The notes beneath the pieces were generated by a model. It did no database searches, had not been told where the DNA came from, and saw only the letters and a list, made by a program, of their open reading frames with translations. A DNA stretch of 24,564 bases, from the NCBI GenBank assembly GCA_025451595.1, contig JANWKD010000074.1:1-24564 (forward strand). The letters are read 5' to 3'. This DNA is from Candidatus Babeliales bacterium. Lineage in GTDB: Bacteria; Babelota; Babeliae; Babelales; JANWKD01. Made by a program: the position numbers and the translations under genes. Below are positions 16,193 through 23,347 of this stretch, piece by piece (within the stretch, counting starts at the first letter, position 1; the number at the start of each line of letters is the position of its first letter).

Positions 16193-17425
16193 ATGAGCAA
16201 AATCATTTCACTTCCCTTAATTTTTCTTTTCTTTTTTCATTCTATTCATCCGCACGGTTTTTGCGCAGGCACACAAATTCAAACGGCGCAAGGCTATGCA
16301 AATATCGAGAATCAATCGATTGGCACGCACGTCCAAAGCTTGAACAGTGCAACACAATATTGTTTGCAGCCCGTTACGCACATTACCAAAACAAAAGCAA
16401 ATTGTTTTGTACGAATATGGTTTAATGATGAGTATCTCGATACGTCGCCTGACCAACTGTTTTATTGTCCTCATGAAGAAAAATGGATTCCTGCTCAACA
16501 GTTAGCTTCGCAGTCTATTCTTACTAAAAATATCTCTCAAGATTTGATTATTAATAACATTGAGATTATTCATCAAGACGCAGAATTTTATAGTATCACG
16601 GTAGCCAATGATCACACGTTCTTTGTCACCGAGCAACAGATCCTCACTCATAATATTCTACCAATTGTTATTGGTTTTTCTTTTGCCTTTGGTGGTGGCA
16701 TTGAATTTTTGGGTGCAACCATTGGCATAAGCACATTAGGCTTATTGCTTGGGTTCAAGTTTTATAACGATAGATCAAAGAAAGAGCTGCAATTCCAGCG
16801 TTTAGAAAATTCACCAACTATTCCAACGATTAATGCAAATACCTCTATCGTTGCTATTGAACCACGAAAATCTGGATGTGGCAGTACGCAGCCCGCAACC
16901 ATTGAAGATCATATTCTTATCGCACCCATACAAAAACCTAAGGAGCCAAATCGCGGTTGCTATAACCCTGTGCCAGTACCGGAACGCAAGCCAGGATGCG
17001 GTGGCAGCCTGCAACAAAAAACTGATGATTTTATCTTACAACAAGAGACAACGAGTCAAAAACCTGGCCGATTTGTCGTAACACCAGAAAATGTTAAAGG
17101 CGAAATATCTTCTGACATTAAAACAGGAATTAAGCTAAGCAATTCTGCGATAGCTACTCTCGATAAGATAAATAAAAAAGTTGGTCTTAAAGGAACCATT
17201 ACCAATAAAATTGCTACACAAGCAGCTAAAGAATTAGGTTTTGAAAAAATAGGAGAAATGTCCCGTGGTCGTGCGATATTTAGAAAAGGCAATAAATATA
17301 TTTCAGCAGACAAATATAGACATAATGGTGGATTTTGGAATATGGCTAACTCTGTAGATGAAATAATGACAAAACCGGGAAGATTAGGAACTTATGATAT
17401 ATTTCTTAACAAAATAGGTGATTAA
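16193..17425 (+). CDS. Polymorphic toxin: signal peptide, Hint domain, hydrophobic hairpin, linker, C-terminal Ntox21-type (CdiA-CT ECL/EC16-like) RNase domain
   Basis: Hint: GFCAGTQIQTAQGY.NIE..IG..V.S (16256-) to YSITVANDHTFFV..ILTHN (-16654). C-terminus AAKELGFEKI..AIFRKGNKYISADKYRHNGGFW..RLGTYDIFLNKIGD matches the recalled Ntox21 motifs [DS]xDxxxH and RxG[ST]. Confidence 0.88.
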   Translation: MSKIISLPLIFLFFFHSIHPHGFCAGTQIQTAQGYANIENQSIGTHVQSLNSATQYCLQPVTHITKTKANCFVRIWFNDEYLDTSPDQLFYCPHEEKWIPAQQLASQSILTKNISQDLIINNIEIIHQDAEFYSITVANDHTFFVTEQQILTHNILPIVIGFSFAFGGGIEFLGATIGISTLGLLLGFKFYNDRSKKELQFQRLENSPTIPTINANTSIVAIEPRKSGCGSTQPATIEDHILIAPIQKPKEPNRGCYNPVPVPERKPGCGGSLQQKTDDFILQQETTSQKPGRFVVTPENVKGEISSDIKTGIKLSNSAIATLDKINKKVGLKGTITNKIATQAAKELGFEKIGEMSRGRAIFRKGNKYISADKYRHNGGFWNMANSVDEIMTKPGRLGTYDIFLNKIGD

Positions 17426-17944
17426 ATGTTTTGTTGGCGCATTACAAAGTATGATCCAAAAAATCGAAACGAACTCGGCTACTATTTAAAAGACGAATGG
17501 ACTGAATACGGAGATATTGGCAGATCATTTGATGGAAAAATTTTTACTTATGAAGAATATGTAATAGTTGAAGATGCTTATATTCAAGCCGTTCTATTAT
17601 TTATGGATTGTTTAGAGATTGATTCTTTAAAAGTTATATCTCTCGAAGATACGCATGGAAAAAATCCTGAAAGCATATCCGTTGAGAGTATAAAAATAAA
17701 AAATAATGAATATTATAAAAAAGAAATGATAATTTTTATTATTAAGTCTATCTTACGGTATAAATTATGGTGCAAGCTTGAATCAGAAAATATGCGAGTA
17801 GATTTTGGCTATGATTATTATATGGGCTTAGCTTGTTCAAAATTATGTATGTCAACAATAAAAAAAATAGAAAATGAACTTGGATTGTTTGTTGAAAAAA
17901 TAGGATGTGAAATTATTTTCGATGACGATGAAGATGATGATTAA
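17426..17944 (+). CDS. Probable cognate immunity protein
   Basis: Starts at the base directly after the toxin stop. Small, acidic, no signal peptide, visibly AT-rich. Pattern WRITKYDP..G.Y..DEWT..DIG..F..T..EY..E.AY..A..F and W.KLES..DFGYDYYM recalls proteins found downstream of nuclease toxins. Confidence 0.75.
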   Translation: MFCWRITKYDPKNRNELGYYLKDEWTEYGDIGRSFDGKIFTYEEYVIVEDAYIQAVLLFMDCLEIDSLKVISLEDTHGKNPESISVESIKIKNNEYYKKEMIIFIIKSILRYKLWCKLESENMRVDFGYDYYMGLACSKLCMSTIKKIENELGLFVEKIGCEIIFDDDEDDD

Positions 17945-17946
17945 TA

Positions 17947-17994
17947 ATGTTTTGTTGGCGCATTAGCAAGCATTATTCAAAATATCGAAATGAC
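17947..17994 (+). pseudogene. Degraded 5' fragment of a second immunity gene copy
   Basis: 40 of 48 nt identical to 17426-17473, with the first 19 nt identical; MFCWRISKHYSKYRND vs MFCWRITKYDPKNRNE. Similarity then stops and the frame runs antisense into the 18018 gene. Confidence 0.75.
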
Positions 17995-18017
17995 CAAGAC
18001 ATTCATACAAAAATAAC

Positions 18018-18839
18018 TTATGCTTTCTGCTTTAATTTTTCAAGCTTTTCAATACGTGCAGATAATAAATTAAGTTCTTCTTGGGAACGAAATACATCTT
18101 GTTCCATTAAGGATTCAAGTTCAATTCGTAACTTTTCAAAAAAATCAATTAAACTTTTACTATGATTATAATTATGACTAGCATACCAACTAGAGGATTG
18201 ATAGTCAGGAGAGTTCTCGGCGAGTTCTCGATCGAGCTTAAGTCCAGGGTCATCTAATGTTGGTCCTGAATTTGATTTCCAAATAGATAAAGGAAGATCA
18301 ATAATAATTCTTTTTGTCAATAAAGTTGCTAGGCTAAGCATGCAAGAAAGAGAAAATCTTTTGGCTAAATTGTCTGTTATATTGCCATTTGATTGTAAAC
18401 AATAGTGAACGCTACTAACTAATATTATATTTAAAATCGAATCAAACCATGTGTTATTACTGGAAAATTTCTTATTGCAAAACTGTTTCCATTTAGAAAC
18501 CAACACAAACGCCAAGCAGGCTCTTTTTTGACCAATTGTTAATGAATTAAAAAAATCTTCATTGATAAAGTAATACTCACACCCGTTTGCCCAATAACTC
18601 ACCAATGGCCAGTCCTGATTCCCACTGTGAAGTTTTTTTATTTTAATATTGTGGTTTTGAACACGCCACTTGTTAATGCACTCGTTAATGAGCTGTTCAT
18701 TTTCAGGCGAAAAAGATTCGCCTTCAAAATCTTCCAATTGTAAAACAAATTTATTCTCATTTTGAATCGAACAAATTTCAGCAGAAATTACATTATTAAA
18801 AGCAAATATTATTGCTAAACTCAGTATTAAATTTTTCAT
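18018..18839 (-). CDS. Secreted/membrane M48 (HtpX/Ste24)-like protein lacking HExxH (paralog B)
   Basis: Signal-like N-terminus; YFINEDFFNSLTIGQKRACLAFVL; two hydrophobic segments; LKLDRELAE; C-terminal ARIEKLEKL. Paralogous to 18862-19632. Confidence 0.7.
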   Translation of the reverse strand: MKNLILSLAIIFAFNNVISAEICSIQNENKFVLQLEDFEGESFSPENEQLINECINKWRVQNHNIKIKKLHSGNQDWPLVSYWANGCEYYFINEDFFNSLTIGQKRACLAFVLVSKWKQFCNKKFSSNNTWFDSILNIILVSSVHYCLQSNGNITDNLAKRFSLSCMLSLATLLTKRIIIDLPLSIWKSNSGPTLDDPGLKLDRELAENSPDYQSSSWYASHNYNHSKSLIDFFEKLRIELESLMEQDVFRSQEELNLLSARIEKLEKLKQKA

Positions 18840-18861
18840 TGTATAACCTCAACAATTAATT

Positions 18862-19632
18862 TTAACTTACTTTTTGTGCCAATTTTTCTAACTTTTCAAT
18901 GCGAGCCGGCAATTGACCATACAATAGTTGCCAATACTCTTTTTCGTGAACCAGCCACGGTTCAATGGCTTTTCGGACTTTTTCAAAGTAACTGATGACG
19001 CTCTGATAATCATTTAATCGTTCAGCGCGTATGCGATCATCTTCAAAAATTGCATTTTTAGCAAAAATTTTCTCATAAATATAGAGTGGTAACTCTGCGA
19101 ACAATACAGCCCCAAGCCCAGCCCCAAAACCAATTAATCCCCATCGTTTGAATGTTGTTAATTGGTAACCGCAAAGCGTATTTTTTTCTTTAAGGCTATA
19201 ACGTAAAATAGCGATTAACCCTCCAAATAAACCAGGAGCTATCCACGATTTTGCTTCTGCTACTTTCTGAGATGTCGGCTGAATTTCAAATAAGAACATT
19301 GATAGCATGACCTTTTTTTCGCCATCAGTGAGCGTATTAAAGAAATCTTCATTAATATACCAGTAATTAAAAGGCCTAGGATAAAACTGTAACTTAAAAA
19401 TAGGATTCACATCCATTATTTCTCGTAAAGGCTTTCTGATTTGCAGCGTTGGATTATCAGTACCAATTTCTTGCATAAAGTCTCTAATAAATTTTTCATT
19501 ACTCTCTGAAAGAGAGCCTTCAGAAATGCTTTCTGCTTGCAACGCAATTTGAAAGGCTTTTGCAACCTGGTCTTCATTGGCAACTATTGACTGCGCAAAC
19601 AATATACTGATGCTTAATAATAACTTTTTCAT
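18862..19632 (-). CDS. Secreted/membrane M48-like protein lacking HExxH (paralog A)
   Basis: Signal-like MKKLLLSISILFAQSIVA; WYINEDFFNTLTDGEKKVMLSMFL; two hydrophobic segments; FEDDRIRAE; ARIEKLEKL. Confidence 0.7.
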   Translation of the reverse strand: MKKLLLSISILFAQSIVANEDQVAKAFQIALQAESISEGSLSESNEKFIRDFMQEIGTDNPTLQIRKPLREIMDVNPIFKLQFYPRPFNYWYINEDFFNTLTDGEKKVMLSMFLFEIQPTSQKVAEAKSWIAPGLFGGLIAILRYSLKEKNTLCGYQLTTFKRWGLIGFGAGLGAVLFAELPLYIYEKIFAKNAIFEDDRIRAERLNDYQSVISYFEKVRKAIEPWLVHEKEYWQLLYGQLPARIEKLEKLAQKVS

Positions 19633-19718
19633 GTAAATCTATATCCCACTCAAAAATTGATTCTAATTGTCATTTTATAATTATTTTAATAACAATAATT
19701 ATAAATGCTAACAAAATA

Positions 19719-19746
19719 ATTATAGCCAACTATTTAATTATTGCAA
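19719..19746 (-). promoter_or_regulatory. Putative sigma70 promoter for the M48-like pair
   Basis: Minus strand TTGCAA (19746-19741), 16-nt spacer, TATAAT (19724-19719), directly downstream of the terminator. Confidence 0.45.
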
Positions 19747-19754
19747 AAAAAGGC

Positions 19755-19787
19755 AAAAATAGACCGAGCAAAAATGCTCGGTCTATT
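19755..19787 (-). terminator. Rho-independent terminator
   Basis: Perfect 13-bp stem AATAGACCGAGCA/TGCTCGGTCTATT (19758-19770/19775-19787), 4-nt loop, T-run on the minus strand, about 43 nt after the stop at 19830. Confidence 0.9.
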
Positions 19788-19829
19788 AAAAGTAACTAAT
19801 TAGAAATTACGCGCCTTGAAGCCGACTAA

Positions 19830-20471
19830 CTATCTTACGTTATGGCGGCAATTGGAGCAGTATGTTGTGCATTGATTCGCTTGACAAGCTAAAAGAGCAG
19901 TCTCATCTTTTGCAATATGCGCCCCACAAAGCGAACAAATCAAAAATGCCTTAACTGTACGGACTGCCATAGTTTTAATTTTTATTGTTAATGCATCACC
20001 AATATAACCTTTTAAAGAACCAGTACCCAAATTATTTCGGATTTTTTCTAGTCCATCCTTAATCTGTTCTTCAACATTTTTCAAATCTAGGTCTTTTAAA
20101 TCTAAATCGATTTTTGCTCTGTTATGGGTTTGCTCCTTAATATAATCATAAGCGACTTCTAGCACAATCTTTCTTACCTCATCATAATACTTACAGCGTG
20201 CTATTCTATTTTGCAACTTAGATTTTATTGTTAAAAAATTTGTATAGGAATTGTTGCTATTATATTTTATAAAAGCTTTTCCTTGCTCTAAAGCTTCTCT
20301 TGGCTCTAATCGTTGATTATTTGAATAATCGCTATGAGTGCCGGGATAAAACCATTGAACCAATATACTATCAGCTACCTCGTATGGATTAAATGCCGGT
20401 GGCGTACTTGCACTGAGATTAATCGCAAGCCCAAGCAATGCAACACTTAATATTTTAGATACATTATTCAT
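19830..20471 (-). CDS. Secreted protein with a C-terminal six-Cys putative zinc finger (IBR/Rcat-like)
   Basis: AAGGA RBS before the ATG at 20471; the longer 20621 start would overlap tpiA. Signal-like MNNVSKILSVALLGLAINLSA. C-terminus C-x2-C-x13-C-x4-C-x3-C-x2-C. Confidence 0.75.
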   Translation of the reverse strand: MNNVSKILSVALLGLAINLSASTPPAFNPYEVADSILVQWFYPGTHSDYSNNQRLEPREALEQGKAFIKYNSNNSYTNFLTIKSKLQNRIARCKYYDEVRKIVLEVAYDYIKEQTHNRAKIDLDLKDLDLKNVEEQIKDGLEKIRNNLGTGSLKGYIGDALTIKIKTMAVRTVKAFLICSLCGAHIAKDETALLACQANQCTTYCSNCRHNVR

Positions 20472-20576
20472 AAAAATCCTTTGTGTTAAAAATAATATTT
20501 TCCATGCAACACTATATCTTTTTGCAACAAATTTGCAATTATATTCCAAAATAAACCTGTAAAATAAGGAAATGTT

Positions 20577-21305
20577 ATGTATATTGTTGCAAACTGGAAA
20601 ACATATTTCTCTTATGATCAATCATTGGCTTGGATTACAAACCACGGCAAAGAGCTAAGCGACACGCTCAAGCAAACTGATCATCAATTTATTCTTTGCC
20701 CCTCATTCGACGCATTGGCCTGCATACGCAAGAAAACTGATTCTATTCTGTATGGCGCACAAGACTGCTCGCCTTACCCGAGCGGAGCATACACCGGAGA
20801 AGTTTTGGCGCAATCACTTGCTGAAATTGGTTGCAGATACGGTATTATTGGTCATGGTGAACGAAGAGAACTATTTCACGAAACCACCCTACTTATTATT
20901 TTAAAACTTGAGCAACTCATGCTATACAAGATTCAACCAATTATTTGCATTGGAGAAACTGAGCAAGATTACCAGGCCGATAACGCACTGAATGTTGTTA
21001 CCACGCAACTTATTCCCATTGTGCAATACGCAAGAAAGCATTTTATAACCCATTTGTATATAGCTTATGAACCAATGTGGGCTATTGGAGCAAACGCTAT
21101 TGCTCCCAAGATACATCTTGATCGCATTGCAAATCATATTCAAAATCTCAGTCAGCAGCAAAACATTAAAATTACACTGCTCTATGGCGGAAGCATACAA
21201 AGCAGCACGATCAGTCGCTCGCTTTTTGAATCATTTCAAGGACTGTTAGTCGGAAAAGCAAGTACCGATTTTCAAGAACTTAAAAAAATTATACTATCAG
21301 TGTAA
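20577..21305 (+). CDS. tpiA: Triosephosphate isomerase (divergent)
   Basis: AAGGA RBS; ANWK, GAQD, GAYTGEV, IIGHGERR, CIGET, AYEPMWAIG, LLYGGS, LVGKAS; upstream of secG, a widespread gene order. Confidence 0.93.
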   Translation: MYIVANWKTYFSYDQSLAWITNHGKELSDTLKQTDHQFILCPSFDALACIRKKTDSILYGAQDCSPYPSGAYTGEVLAQSLAEIGCRYGIIGHGERRELFHETTLLIILKLEQLMLYKIQPIICIGETEQDYQADNALNVVTTQLIPIVQYARKHFITHLYIAYEPMWAIGANAIAPKIHLDRIANHIQNLSQQQNIKITLLYGGSIQSSTISRSLFESFQGLLVGKASTDFQELKKIILSV

Positions 21306-21391
21306 AGATCAAATATTTTAATGGTCTGTTAAAATTGATCGAATATGCTATTCTAGTATAAGAAAATAAAAACTTAAAACGGAGAAACATT

Positions 21392-21697
21392 ATGCTCTAC
21401 GGTCTACTTGTTACATTGTTTACCATATCATGTATTCTACTTATTCTTATAATTTTGATTCAAAAAGGTAAGGGAAGTATGGGGCTTGGAAATCTGGGCG
21501 GCAGCGCTCAAATGCTTTTTGGCGGATCGGGCGGGCAAGATTTATTTCAAAAAATTACCTGGGGCCTGGGTGCTTTCTTTATGTTTGGGTCGCTTACTTT
21601 AGCGCTTATGAAAACAAAAAATTATCATAATTCTCGCTATTTTACTGCACCAAAAGTAGTAACCCAACCAAATAACCAATTTCCCCAACAACAATAA
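21392..21697 (+). CDS. secG: Preprotein translocase subunit SecG
   Basis: GGAG RBS; two TM helices around ILIQKGKG..LG..GG...LFGG.G...L.KITW.L..FF..L.LA. Confidence 0.93.
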   Translation: MLYGLLVTLFTISCILLILIILIQKGKGSMGLGNLGGSAQMLFGGSGGQDLFQKITWGLGAFFMFGSLTLALMKTKNYHNSRYFTAPKVVTQPNNQFPQQQ

Positions 21698-21704
21698 GGG
21701 CGGT

Positions 21705-22484
21705 ATGGTCCTGCTATCATGTATTAATTTTATTGGTAGCTATGTTCTGCATTTGTGCAATACCCTTGGCGGTTTTTTGCTTTTTTTCTGGAATGTTTTC
21801 AAAACGACTTGTACCACCCGAATCAAAGTTCAAAAAATATTAGCTCAAATGGAGCTTATTGGGGTAGATTCGTTCATGATTACCATTTTGACGGGAACCT
21901 TTGCAGGAGCAGTCCTTGCGCTACAAAGCTACAGCGGCTTCAAGCGGTATGGTGGTCAAGAATTTATGGGACCATTTATAGCGTTGAGCATGGCACGCGA
22001 GCTTGGGCCAGTCATAACAGGATTGATGGTTACTGGTCGAGCAGGATCTGCTATAGCAGCCGAAATTGGAACTATGCAAATTACTGAGCAAATAGACGCC
22101 CTCAAAACGCTCAATATTAACCCAATTCAATACTTAGCCGTGCCTCGCATTGTTGCAGGAACCATCATTTTGCCTTTTCTGACCATTTTTTCTATGATTT
22201 GCGGAATTATTGGGGGATATTTTATTGGCGTGCAAGTATTAGGACTCAATGGACAACAATACATATCGGGTATAGAAAAATATTTGGAATTGACCGATAT
22301 TAGAAATGGCTTGATTAAATCTGCTGCATTTGGTCTCATTTTATCCTGGGTCGGCGCTTATAAAGGATTTTCGGCTCAAGGAGGAGCTCGTGGCGTTGGT
22401 CTTGCTACGACACAAAGCGTGGTAATGGGCTCTATTTTATTGCTTGGTGCCAACTATTTTCTGACAGCAATGTTATTCGATTAA
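21705..22484 (+). CDS. mlaE: MlaE-family lipid ABC transporter permease
   Basis: RELGPVITGLMVTGRAGSAIAAEIGTMQITEQIDALKTLNINPIQYLAVPR; GARGVG.ATT.SVV. Confidence 0.93.
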   Translation: MVLLSCINFIGSYVLHLCNTLGGFLLFFWNVFKTTCTTRIKVQKILAQMELIGVDSFMITILTGTFAGAVLALQSYSGFKRYGGQEFMGPFIALSMARELGPVITGLMVTGRAGSAIAAEIGTMQITEQIDALKTLNINPIQYLAVPRIVAGTIILPFLTIFSMICGIIGGYFIGVQVLGLNGQQYISGIEKYLELTDIRNGLIKSAAFGLILSWVGAYKGFSAQGGARGVGLATTQSVVMGSILLLGANYFLTAMLFD

Positions 22485-22489
22485 CACCC

Positions 22490-23257
22490 ATGATAGAAAT
22501 AAAAAATTTAAGAAAAAATTTTGACAATCGCTGGGTCGCCAATGGCATTGATCTGACAATACCAAAAGGCCAAATGACCGTTATTATTGGCAAATCGGGT
22601 GAAGGCAAATCGGTACTACTCAAACAAATCATAGGCCTTATTAAACCGTTTTCAGGTCATATTATCGTCGACGGCTTTGACATTACACAACTTCCAGAAA
22701 AAAATTTACGTATAGTTTTAAGTCAATTTGGCTACGTATTTCAGTTTGCCGCGCTCCTGGATTCACTTACTATCTTTGAAAATATCGGTATTACGCTGCT
22801 TGAAAATGGCGTTTCGCGTGACGAAGTTATGCACGTTGTGAAAGAAAAAATCAATCTCGTAAATTTATCTGAAGATATCCTACACAAATATCCTTCAGAA
22901 CTTTCTGGCGGGATGAAAAAACGAGTCGGTCTTGCTCGCACACTTATAAACAATCCTAAAATTATTTTATACGATGAGCCTACGACCGGGCTTGACCCTA
23001 TTACTTCTCGAGTAATTCACGAATTAATGTTTGATATGCAAAGAAAATTACACATAACCTCGATCGTGGTTTCGCATGATACTGAAATTTTTAAATATGC
23101 AGACAACATTGCGTTGTTGCATAATGGCAAAATTCAATATTACGGGAATGCTCAGACTATTTGGCAATCTGATAATCCCTATATTTTTCAATTTATCCGA
23201 GGTTTGTCGGAGGGGCCTATTCAGATCGAAATTCCTAATCAAGAATCAACAATATAA
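22490..23257 (+). CDS. mlaF: MlaF/Mkl-family ABC ATPase
   Basis: Walker A GKSGEGKS, Q-loop YVFQFAALLDSL, signature LSGGMKKRVGLAR, Walker B/D-loop LYDEPTTGLDP, H-loop VSHD; adjacent to mlaE. Confidence 0.9.
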   Translation: MIEIKNLRKNFDNRWVANGIDLTIPKGQMTVIIGKSGEGKSVLLKQIIGLIKPFSGHIIVDGFDITQLPEKNLRIVLSQFGYVFQFAALLDSLTIFENIGITLLENGVSRDEVMHVVKEKINLVNLSEDILHKYPSELSGGMKKRVGLARTLINNPKIILYDEPTTGLDPITSRVIHELMFDMQRKLHITSIVVSHDTEIFKYADNIALLHNGKIQYYGNAQTIWQSDNPYIFQFIRGLSEGPIQIEIPNQESTI

Positions 23258-23310
23258 TATCTTCATGTTGTAACTTTTTTCTAAATTGTTAAACTTACGA
23301 TATTCCGCTG

Positions 23311-23333
23311 TTTTATCATCCACTATGATAAAA
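23311..23333. promoter_or_regulatory. Operator-like 9-5-9 inverted repeat upstream of moxR
   Basis: TTTTATCAT-CCACT-ATGATAAAA, ending 14 nt before the moxR ATG and overlapping a TATGAT -10-like hexamer. Confidence 0.45.
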
Positions 23334-23347
23334 ATAAAAAGGATAAT

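Noticed and set aside
16180-16425. 81-aa plus-strand ORF overlapping the toxin start
   Set aside because: Alternative frame of the Hint gene with no domain signal.
16256-16654. Self-splicing intein or mobile element
   Set aside because: No Cys/Ser at position 1, Ile at +1 and no homing endonuclease; it fits a toxin-associated cleavage-only Hint.
17995-18165. Remainder of the 72-aa ORF at 17947-18165
   Set aside because: Beyond codon 16 it has no similarity to the immunity gene, and from 18018 it is the antisense of the 18018-18839 gene.
19694-19724. 10-bp direct repeat AATAATTATA with 21-bp spacing
   Set aside because: Pure A/T sequence in a very AT-rich intergenic region; one copy is the likely -10 box, so chance is sufficient.
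20082-20111. Short tandem duplication encoding DLDLK-DLDLK
   Set aside because: Two imperfect 15-nt copies only; ordinary slippage with no further structure.
21690-21710. tRNA gene after secG (a common arrangement), and tRNA/rRNA/CRISPR elsewhere in the window
   Set aside because: Only 7 nt separate secG and mlaE. No cloverleaf, rRNA-like stretch or regularly spaced repeat array was seen in any intergenic region.
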